64,000 bases of DNA from the human T2T-CHM13v2.0 reference genome, Homo sapiens, in assembly GCF_009914755.1 (NCBI RefSeq), contig NC_060925.1; one strand, given 5' to 3'. The notes under the pieces were generated by a model. The model saw only the letters and a list, made by a program, of their open reading frames with translations, was not told the DNA's origin and ran no database searches. Of the stretch, positions 1 through 12,051 are shown piece after piece (positions within the stretch are counted from its first letter, which is position 1; each line of letters opens with the position of its first letter). The position numbers were made by a program, and so were the translations under genes.

Positions 1-588
1 AAAATTGATTGAAATCATCATCAAATGGAATCGAATGGTATCATTGAATGGAATCGAATGGAATCATCATCAGATGGAAATGAATGGAATCGTCATAGAA
101 TGGAATCGAATGGATTCATTGAATGGAATCAGATGGAATCATCGAATGGACTGGAATGGAATCATTGAATGGACTCGAAAGGGATCATTATTGAATGGAA
201 TTGAATGGAATCATCGAATGGTCTCGATTGGAATCATTACCAGATGGAATCGAATGGAATCACCGAATAGAATCGAATGGAACAATCATCGAATGGACTC
301 AAATGGAATTATCCTCAAATGGAATCGAATGGAATTATCGAATGCAATCGAATGGAATTATCGAATGCAATCGAATAGAATCATCGAAAGGACTCGAATG
401 GAATCATCGAATGGAATGGAATGGAACAGTCAATGAACTCGAATGGAATCATCATTGAATGGAATCGAATGGAATCATCGAGTGGAATTGAATGGAATTA
501 TGATCAAATGGAATCGAATGTAATCATCATCAAATGGAATCAAAAATAACCATCATCAATTGGTATTGAATGGAATTGTCATCAAATG

Positions 589-2364
589 GAATTCAAAGGA
601 ATCATCATCAAATGGAACCGAATGCAATCCTCATTGAATGGAAATGAAAGGGGTCATCATCTAATGGAATCGCATGGAATCATCATCAAATGGAATCGAA
701 TGGAATCATCATCAAATGGTATCTAATGGAATCATTGAACAGAATTGAATGGAATCGTCATCGAATGAATTGAATGCAATCATCGAATGGTCTCGAATGG
801 AATCATCTTCTAATGGAAAGGAATGGAATCATCGCATAGAATCGAATGGAATTATCATCGAATGGAATCGAATGGTATCAACACCAAACGGAAAAAAATG
901 GAATTATCGAATGGAATCGAAGAGAATCTTCGAACGGACCCGAATGGAATCATCTAATGGAATGGAATGGAATAATCCATGGACTCGAATGCAATCATCA
1001 TCGAATGGAATCGAATGGAATCATCGAATGGACTCGAATGGAATAATCATTGAACGGAATCGAATGGAATCATCATCGGATGGAAACGAATGGAATCATC
1101 ATCGAATGGAAATGAAAGGAGTCATCATCTAATGGAATTGCATGGAATCATCATAAAATGGAATCGAATGGAATCAACATCAAATGGAATCAAATGGAAT
1201 CATTGAACGGAATTGAATGGAATCGTCATCGAATGAATTGACTGCAATCATCGAATGGTCTCGAATGGAATCATCTTCAAATGGAATGGAATGGAATCAT
1301 CGCATAGAATCGAATGGAATTATCATCGAATGGAATCGAATGGAATCAACATCAAACGGAAAAAAACGGAATTATCGAATGGAATCGAAGAGAATCATCG
1401 AATGGACCCGAATGGAATCATCTAATGGAATGGAATGGAATAATCCATGGACTCGAATGCAATCATCATCGAATGGAATCGAATGGAATCATCGAATGGA
1501 CTCGAATGGAATAATCATTGAACGGAATCGAATGGAATCATCATCGGATGGAAATGAATGGAATCATCATCGAATGGAATCGAATAGAATTATGGAATGA
1601 AATCCAGTGTGATCATCATCGAATGGACCCGAATGGAATCATCATCCAACGGAAGCTAATGGAATCAACATCGAATGAATCGAATGGAAACACCATCGAA
1701 TTGAAACGAATGGAATTATCATGAAATTGAAATGGATGGACTCATCATCGAATGGATTCGAATGGAATCATCGAATAAAATTGATTGAAATCATCATCCA
1801 ATGGAATCGAATGGTATCATTGAATGGAATCGAATGGAATCATCATCAGATGGAAATGAATGGAATCGTTATAGAATGGAATCGAATGGATTCATTGAAT
1901 GGAATCAGATGGAATCATCGAATGGACTGGAATGGAATCATTGAATGGACTCGAAAGGGATCATTATTGAATGGAATTGAATGGAATCATCGAATGGTCT
2001 CGATTGGAATCATTATCAAATGGAATCGAATGGAATCACCGAATAGAATCGAATGGAACAATCATCGAATGGGCTCAAATGGAATTATCCTCCAATGGAA
2101 TCGAATGGAATTATCGAATGCAATCGAATGGAATTATCGAATGCAATCGAATAGAATCATCGAATGGACTCGAATGGAATCATCGAATGGAATGGAATGG
2201 AACAGTCAATGAACTCGAATGGAATCATCATTGAATGGAATCGAATGGAATCATCGAGTGGAATCGAATGGAATTATGATCAAATGGAATCGAATGTAAT
2301 CATCATCAAATGGAATCAAAAATAACCATCATCAATTGGTATTGAATGGAATTGTCATCAAATG
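589..2364 (+). repeat. Representative canonical 1776-bp unit (EcoRI to EcoRI)
   Basis: GAATTC at 589 and 2365. All ORF landmarks shift by 1776 (749/2525, 1217/2993, 1721/3497). Confidence 0.95.
636..1579 (+). repeat. Internal 468-bp tandem duplication (sub-blocks A and B) present in each canonical unit
   Basis: ORFs at 749 and 1217 are near-identical. Diagnostic A/B differences: GAAAGGGGTC/GAAAGGAGTC, GAACAG/GAACGG, TTGAATGC/TTGACTGC, TTCTAATGGAAAGG/TTCAAATGGAATGG, GGTATCAACACC/GGAATCAACATC, ATCTTCGAACGG/ATCATCGAATGG. Homology ends at 1111/1579. Confidence 0.93.
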
Positions 2365-4297
2365 GAATTCAAAGGAATCATCATCAAATGGAACCGAATG
2401 GAATCCTCATTGAATGGAAATGAAAGGGGTCATCATCTAATGGAATCGCATGGAATCATCATCAAATGGAATCGAATGGAATCATCATCAAATGGAATCT
2501 AATGGAATCATTGAACAGAATTGAATGGAATCGTCATCGAATGAATTGAATGCAATCATCGAATGGTCTCGAATGGAATCATCTTCTAATGGAAAGGAAT
2601 GGAATCATCGCATAGAATCGAATGGAATTATCATCGAATGGAATCAAATGGTATCAACACCAAACGGAAAAAAACGGAATTATCGAATGGAATCGAAGAG
2701 AATCTTCGAACGGACCCGAATGGAATCATCTAATGGAATGGAATGGAATAATCCATGGACTCGAATGCAATCATCATCGAATGGAATCGAATGGAATCAT
2801 CGAATGGACTTGAATGGAATAATCATTGAACGGAATCGATTGGAATCATCATCGGATGGAAACGAATGGAATCATCATCGAATGGAAATGAAAGGAGTCA
2901 TCATCTAATGGAATTGCATGGAATCATCATAAAATGGAATCGAATGGAATCAACATCAAATGGAATCAAATGGAATCATTGAACGGAATTGAATGGAATC
3001 GTCATCGAATGAATTGACTGCAATCATCCAATGGTCTCGAATGGAATCATCTTCAAGTGGAATGGAATGGAATCATCGCATAGAATCGAATGGAATTATC
3101 ATCGAATGGAATCGAATGGAATCAACATCCAACGGAAAAAAACGGAATTATCGAATGGAATCGAAGAGAATCATCGAATGGACCCGAATGGAATCATCTA
3201 ATGGAATGGAATGGAATAATCCATGGACTCGAATGCAATCATCATCGAATGGAATCGAATGGAATCATCGAATGGACTCGAATGGTATAATCATTGAACG
3301 GAATCGAATGGAATCATCATCGGATGGAAATGAATGGAATCATCATCGAATGGAATCGAATAGAATTATGGAATGAAATCCAGTGTGATCATCATCGAAT
3401 GGACCCGAATGGAATCATCATCCAACGGAAGCTAATGGAATCAACATCGAATGAATCAAATGGAAACACCATCGAATTGAAACGAATGGAATTATCATGA
3501 AATTGAAATGGATGGACTCATCATCGAATGGATTCGAATGGAATCATCGAATAAAATTGATTGAAATCATCATCGAATGGAATCGAATGGTATCATTGAA
3601 TGGAATCGAATGGAATCATCATCAGATGGAAATGAATGGAATCGTCATAGAATGGAATCGAATGGATTCATTGAATGGAATCAGATGGAATCATCGAATG
3701 GACTGGAATGGAATCATTGAATGGACTCGAAAGGGATCATGATTGAATGGAATTGAATGGAATCATCGAATGGTCTCGATTGGAATCATTATCAAATGGA
3801 ATCGAATGGAATCACCGAATAGAATCGAATGGAACAATCATCGAATGGACTCAAATGGAATTATCCTCAAATGGAATCGAATGGAATTATCGAATGCAAT
3901 CGAATGGAATTATCGATTGCAATCGAATAGAATGATCGAATGGACTCGAATGGAATCATCGAATGGAATGGAATGGAACAGTCAATGAACTCGAATGGAA
4001 TCATCATTGAATGGAATCGAATGGAATCATCGAGTGGAATCGAATGGAATTATGATCAAATGGAATCGAATGTAATCATCATCAAATGGAATCAAAAATA
4101 ACCATCATCAATTGGTATTGAATGGAATTGTCATCAAATGGAATTCAAAGGAATCATCATCAAATGGAACCGAATGGAATCCTCATTGAATGGAAATGAA
4201 AGGGGTCATCATCTAATGGAATCGCATGGAATCATCATCTAATGGAATCGAATGGAATCATCATCAAATGGAATCTAATGGAATCATTGAACAGAAT

Positions 4298-4746
4298 GGA
4301 ATGGAATCATCATCGAATGAATTGAATGCAATCATCGAATGGTCTCGAATGGAATCACATTCTAATGGAAAGGAATGGAATCATCGCATAGAATCGAATG
4401 GAATTAACATTGAATGGACTCGAATGGAATCAACATCAAACGGAATCAAGCGGAATTATCGAATGGAATCGAAGAGAATCATCGAATGGTCACGAATGGA
4501 ATCATCTTCTAATGGAAAGGAATGGAATCATCGCATAGAATCGAATGGAATTAACGTTGAATGGACTCGAATGGAATCAACATCAAATGGAATCAAGCGG
4601 AATTATCGAATGAAATCGAAGAGAATCATCGAAAGGACTCGAATGGAATCATCTAATGGAATGGAATGGAATAATCCACGGAATCGAATACAATCATCAT
4701 CGTATAGAATCGAATGGAATCATCGAATGGACTCGAATGGAATAAC
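4298..4746 (+). repeat. Divergent HSat2 tract with internal 147-bp duplication, within a 1919-bp unit
   Basis: TCTAATGGAAAGGAATGG at 4361 and 4508 (147 apart). GGAATCAAGCGG replaces GGAAAAAAACGG twice. Many private substitutions. Unit length 3497 to 5416 = 1776+147-4. Confidence 0.9.
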
Positions 4747-7191
4747 CATTGAACGGAATCGAATGGAATCATCATCGGATGGAAACGAATGGAATCATCA
4801 TCGAATGGAAATGAAAGGAGTCATCATCTAATGGAATTGCATGGAATCATCATAAAATGGAATCGAATGGAATCAACATCAAATGGAATCAAATGGAATC
4901 ATTGAACGGAATTGAATGGAATCGTCATCGAATGAATTGACTGCAATCATCGAATGGTCTCGGAATCATCTTCAAATGGAATGGAATGGAATCATCGCAT
5001 AGAATCGAATGGAATTATCATCGAATGGAATCGAATGGAATCAACATCAAACGGAATAAAACGGAATTATCGAATGGAATCGAAGAGAATCATCGAATGG
5101 ACCCGAATGGAATCATCTAATGGAATGGAATGGAATAATCCATGGACTCGAATGCAATCATCATCGAATGGAATCGAATGGAATCATCGAATGGACTCGA
5201 ATGGAATAATCATTGAACGGAATCGAATGGAATCATCATCGGATGGAAACGAATGGAATCATCATCGAATGGAATCGAATAGAATTATGGAATGAAATCC
5301 AGTGTGGTCATCATCGAATGGACCCGAATGGAATCATCATCCAACGGAAGCTAATGGAATCAACATCGAATGAATCGAATGGAAACACCATCGAATTGAA
5401 ACGAATGGAATTATCATGAAATTGAAATGGATGGACTCATCATCGAATGGATTCGAATGGAATCATCGAATAAAATTGATTGAAATCATCATCGAATGGA
5501 ATCGAATGGTATCATTGAATGGAATCGAATGGAATCATCATCAGATGGAAATGAATGGAATCGTCATAGAATGGAATCGAATGGATTCATTGAATGGAAT
5601 CAGATGGAATCATCGAATGGACTGGAATGGAATCATTGAATGGACTCGAAAGGGATCATGATTGAATGGAATTGAATGGAATCATCGAATGGTCTCGATT
5701 GGAATCATTATCAAATGGAATCGAATGGAATCACCGAATAGAATCGAATGGAACAATCATCGAATGGACTCAAATGGAATTATCCTCAAATGGAATCGAA
5801 TGGAATTATCGAATGCAATCGAATGGAATTATCGAATGCAATCGAATAGAATCATCGAATGGACTCGAATGGAATCATCGAATGGAATGGAATGGAACAG
5901 TCAATGAACGCGAATGGAATCATCATTGAATGGAATCGAATGGAATCATCGAGTGGAATCGAATGGAATTATGATCAAATGGAATTGAATGTAATCCTCA
6001 TCAAATGGAATCAAAAATAACCATCATCAATTGGTATTGAATGGAATTGTCATCAAATGGAATTCAAAGGAATCATCATCAAATGGAACCGAATGGAATC
6101 CTCATTGAATGGAAATGAAAGGGGTCATCATCTAATGGAATCGCATGGAATCATCATCAAATGGAATCGAATGGAATCATCATCAAATGGAATCTAATGG
6201 AATCATTGAACAGAATTGAATGGAATCGTCATCGAATGAATTGAATGCAATCATCGAATGGTCTCGAATGGAATCATCTTCTAATGGAAAGGAATGGAAT
6301 CATCGCATAGAATCGAATGGAATTATCATCGAATGGAATCGAATGGTATCAACACCAAACGGAAAAAAACGGAATTATCGAATGGAATCGAAGAGAATCT
6401 TCGAACGGACCCGAATGGAATCATCTAATGGAATGGAATGGAATAATCCATGGACTCGAATGCAATCATCATCGAATGGAATGGAATGGAATCATCGAAT
6501 GGACTCGAATGGAATAATCATTGAACGGAATCGAATGGAATCATCATCGGATGGAAACGAATGGAATCATCATCGAATGGAAATGAAAGGAGTCATCATC
6601 TAATGGAATTGCATGGAATCATCATAAAATGGAATCGAATGGAATCAACATCAAATGGAATCAAATGGAATCATTGAACGGAATTGAATGGAATCGTCAT
6701 CGAATGAATTGACTGCAATCATCGAATGGTCTCGAATGGAATCATCTTCAAATGGAATGGAATGGAATCATCGCATAGAATCGAATGGAATTATCATCGA
6801 ATGGAATCGAATGGAATCAACATCAAACGGAAAAAAACAGAATTATCGTATGGAATCGAAGAGAATCATCGAATGGACCCGAATGGAATCATCTAATGGA
6901 ATGGAATGGAATAATCCATGGACTCGAATGCAATCATCATCGAATGGAATCGAATGGAATCATCGAATGGACTCGAATGGAATAATCATTGAACGGAATC
7001 GAATGGAATCATCATCGGATGGAAATGAATGGAATCATCATCGAATGGAATCGAATAGAATTATGGAATGAAATCCAGTGTGATCATCATCGAATGGACC
7101 CGAATGGAATCATCATCCAACGGAAGCTAATGGAATCAACATCGAATGAATCGAATGGAAACACCATCGAATTGAAACGAATGGAATTATC

Positions 7192-8499
7192 ATGAAATTG
7201 AAATGGATGGACTCATCATCGAATGGATTCGAATCGAATCATCGAATAAAATTGATTGAAATCATCATCCAATGGAATCGAATGGTATCATTGAATGGAA
7301 TCGAATGGAATCATCATCAGATGGAAATGAATGGAATCGTCATAGAATGGAATCGAATGGATTCATTGAATGGAATCAGATGGAATCATCGAATGGACTG
7401 GAATGGAATCATTGAATGGACTCGAAAGGGATCATGATTGAATGGAATTGAATGGAATCATCGAATGGTCTCGATTGGAATCATTATCAAATGGAATCGA
7501 ATGGAATCACCGAATAGAATCGAATGGAACAATCATCGAATGGACTCAAATGGAATTATCCTCCAATGGAATCGAATGGAATTATCGAATGCAATCGAAT
7601 GGAATTATCGAATGCAATCGAATAGAATCATCGAATGGACTCGAATGGAATCATCGAATGGAATGGAATGGAACAGTCAATGAACTCGAATGGAATCATC
7701 ATTGAATGGAATCGAATGGAATCATCGAGTGGAATCGAATGGAATTATGATCAAATGGAATCGAATGTAATCATCATCAAATGGAATCAAAAATAACCAT
7801 CATCAATTGGTATTGAATGGAATTGTCATCAAATGGAATTCAAAGGAATCATCATCAAATGGAACCGAATGGAATCCTCATTGAATGGAAATGAAAGGGG
7901 TCATCATCTAATGGAATAGCATGGAATCATCATCAAATGGAATCGAATGGAATCATCATCAAATGGAATCTAATGGAATCATTGAACGGAATTGAATGGA
8001 ATCGTCATCGAATGAATTGACTGCAATCATCCAATGTTCTCGAATGGAATCATCTTCAAGTGGAATGGAATGGAATCATCGCATAGAATCGAATGGAATT
8101 ATCATCGAATGGAATCGAATGGAATCAACATCCAACGGAAAAAAACGGAATTATCGAATGGAATCGAAGAGAATCATCGAATGGACCCGAATGGAATCAT
8201 CTAATGGAATGGAATGGAATAATCCATGGACTCGAATGCAATCATCATCGAATGGAATCGAATGGAATCATCGAATGGACTCGAATGGAATAATCATTGA
8301 ACGGAATCGAATGGAATCATCATCGGATGGAAATGAATGGAATCATCATCGAATGGAATCGAATAGAATTATGGAATGAAATCCAGTGTGATCATCATCG
8401 AATGGACCCGAATGGAATCATCATCCAACGGAAGCTAATGGAATCAACATCGAATGAATCAAATGGAAACACCATCGAATTGAAACGAATGGAATTATC
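7192..8499 (+). repeat. 1308-bp deletion unit (1776-468; single A/B hybrid block)
   Basis: Landmark spacing 1308. A-type markers to 7971, B-type from 7988. Confidence 0.92.
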
Positions 8500-10743
8500 A
8501 TGAAATTGAAATGGATGGACTCATCATCGAATGGATTCGAATGGAATCATCGAATAAAATTGATTGAAATCATCATCGAATGGAATCGAATGGTATCATT
8601 GAATGGAATCGAATGGAATCATCATCAGATGGAAATGAATGGAATCGTCATAGAATGGAATCGAATGGATTCATTGAATGGAATCAGATGGAATCATCGA
8701 ATGGACTGGAATGGAATCATTGAATGGACTCGAAAGGGATCATGATTGAATGGAATTGAATGGAATCATCGAATGGTCTCGATTGGAATCATTATCAAAT
8801 GGAATCGAATGGAATCACCGAATAGAATCGAATGGAACAATCATCGAATGGACTCAAATGGAATTATCCTCAAATGGAATCGAATGGAATTATCGAATGC
8901 AATCGAATGGAATTATCGAATGCAATCGAATAGAATCATCGAATGGACTCGAATGGAATCATCGAATGGAATGGAATGGAACAGTCAATGAACTCGAATG
9001 GAATCATCATTGAATGGAATCGAATGGAATCATCGAGTGGAATCGAATGGAATTATGATCAAATGGAATCGAATGTTATCATCATCAAATGGAATCAAAA
9101 ATAACCATCATCAATTGGTATTGAATGGAATTGTCATCAAATGGAATTCAAAGAAATCATCATCAAATGGAACCGAATGGAATCCTCATTGAATGGAAAT
9201 GAAAGGGGTCATCATCTAATGGAATCGCATGGAATCATCATCAAATGGAATCGAATGGAATCATCATCAAATGGAATCTAATGGAATCATTGAACAGAAT
9301 TGAATGGAATCGTCATCGAATGAATTGAATGCAATCATCGAATGGTCTCGAATGGAATCATCTTCTAATGGAAAGGAATGGAATCATCGCATAGAATCGA
9401 ATGGAATTATCATCGAATGGAATCGAATGGTATCAACACCAAACGGAAAAAAACGGAATTATCGAATGGAATCGAAGAGAATCTTCGAACGGACCCGAAT
9501 GGAATCATCTAATGGAATGGAATGGAATAATCCATGGACTCGAATGCAATCAAAATCGAATGGAATCGAATGGAATCATCGAATGGACTCGAATGGAATA
9601 ATCATTGAACGGAATCGAATGGAATCATCATCGGATGGAAACGAATGGAATCATCATCGAATGGAAATGAAAGGAGTCATCATCTAATGGAATTGCATGG
9701 AATCATCATAAAATGGAATCGAATGGAATCAACATCAAATGGAATCAAATGGAATCATTGAACGGAATTGAATGGAATCGTCATCGAATGAATTGACTGC
9801 AATCATCCAATGGTCTCGAAAGGAATCATCTTCAAATGGAATGGAATGGAATCATCGCATAGAATCGAATGGAATTATCATCGAATGGAATCGAATGGAA
9901 TCAACATCAAACGGAAAAAAACGGAATTATCGAATGGAATCGAAGAGAATCATCGAATGGACCCGAATGGAATCATCTAATGGAATGGAATGGAATAATC
10001 CATGGACTCGAATGCAATCATCATCGAATGGAATGGAATGGAATCATCGAATGGACTCGAATGGAATAATCATTGAACGGAATCGAATGGAATCATCATC
10101 GGATGGAAACGAATGGAATCATCATCGAATGGAAATGAAAGGAGTCATCATCTAATGGAATTGCATGGAATCATCATAAAATGGAATCGAATGGAATCAA
10201 CATCAAATGGAATCAAATGGAATCATTGAACGGAATTGAATGGAATCGTCATCGAATGAATTGACTGCAATCATCGAATGGTCTCGAATGGAATCATCTT
10301 CAAATGGAATGGAATGGAATCATCGCATAGAATCGAATGGAATTATCATCGAATGGAATCGAATGGAATCAACATCAAACGGAAAAAAACAGAATTATCG
10401 TATGGAATCGAAGAGAATCATCGAATGGACCCGAATGGAATCATCTAATGGAATGGAATGGAATAATCCATGGACTCGAATGCAATCATCATCGAATGGA
10501 ATCGAATGGAATCATCGAATGGACTCGAATGGAATAATCATTGAACGGAATCGAATGGAATCATCATCGGATGGAAATGAATGGAATCATCATCGAATGG
10601 AATCGAATAGAATTATGGAATGAAATCCAGTGTGATCATCATCGAATGGACCCGAATGGAATCATCATCCAACGGAAGCTAATGGAATCAACATCGAATG
10701 AATCGAATGGAAACACCATCGAATTGAAACGAATGGAATTATC
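8500..10743 (+). repeat. 2244-bp expansion unit (1776+468; three 468-bp blocks: A, B/A hybrid, B)
   Basis: ORFs at 9304, 9772, 10240 are spaced 468 apart. The middle block starts B-type and ends A-type (GGAAACGAATGG...ATGAAAGGAGTC). Confidence 0.92.
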
Positions 10744-12051
10744 ATGAAATTGAAATGGATGGACTCATCATCGAATGGATTCGAATCGAATCATCGAATA
10801 AAATTGATTGAAATCATCATCCAATGGAATCGAATGGTATCATTGAATGGAATCGAATGGAATCATCATCAGATGGAAATGAATGGAATCGTCATAGAAT
10901 GGAATCGAATGGATTCATTGAATGGAATCAGATGGAATCATCGAATGGACTGGAATGGAATCATTGAATGGACTCGAAAGGGATCATGATTGAATGGAAT
11001 TGAATGGAATCATCGAATGGTCTCGATTGGAATCATTATCAAATGGAATCGAATGGAATCACCGAATAGAATCGAATGGAACAATCATCGAATGGACTCA
11101 AATGGAATTATCCTCCAATGGAATCGAATGGAATTATCGAATGCAATCGAATGGAATTATCGAATGCAATCGAATAGAATCATCGAATGGACTCGAATGG
11201 AATCATCGAATGGAATGGAATGGAACAGTCAATGAACTCGAATGGAATCATCATTGAATGGAATCGAATGGAATCATCGAGTGGAATCGAATGGAATTAT
11301 GATCAAATGGAATCGAATGTAATCATCATCAAATGGAATCAAAAATAACCATCATCAATTGGTATTGAATGGAATTGTCATCAAATGGAATTCAAAGGAA
11401 TCATCATCAAATGGAACCGAATGGAATCCTCATTGAATGGAAATGAAAGGGGTCATCATCTAATGGAATCGCATGGAATCATCATCAAATGGAATCGAAT
11501 GGAATCATCATCAAATGGAATCTAATGGAATCATTGAACGGAATTGAATGGAATCGTCATCGAATGAATTGACTGCAATCATCCAATGTTCTCGAATGGA
11601 ATCATCTTCAAGTGGAATGGAATGGAATCATCGCATAGAATCGAATGGAATTATCATCGAATGGAATCGAATGGAAACAACATCCAACGGAAAAAAACGG
11701 AATTATCGAATGGAATCGAAGAGAATCATCGAATGGACCCGAATGGAATCATCTAATGGAATGGAATGGAATAATCCATGGACTCGAATGCAATCATCAT
11801 CGAATGGAATCGAATGGAATCATCGAATGGACTCGAATGGAATAATCATTGAACGGAATCGAATGGAATCATCATCGGATGGAAATGAATGGAATCATCA
11901 TCGAATGGAATCGAATAGAATTATGGAATGAAATCCAGTGTGATCATCATCGAATGGACCCGAATGGAATCATCATCCAACGGAAGCTAATGGAATCAAC
12001 ATCGAATGAATCAAATGGAAACACCATCGAATTGAAACGAATGGAATTATC
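10744..12051 (+). repeat. 1308-bp deletion unit (copy of 7192-8499)
   Basis: Landmark spacing 1308. Same junction and private SNPs as 7192-8499. Confidence 0.92.

Noticed and set aside
1774-1779. AATAAA once per unit as a polyadenylation signal
   Set aside because: Expected by chance in A-rich sequence. No downstream GU/U-rich element and no transcript evidence.
4226-4831. Longest ORF (201 aa)
   Set aside because: Its length results from an in-frame 147-bp duplication plus loss of one stop. No recognisable domain.
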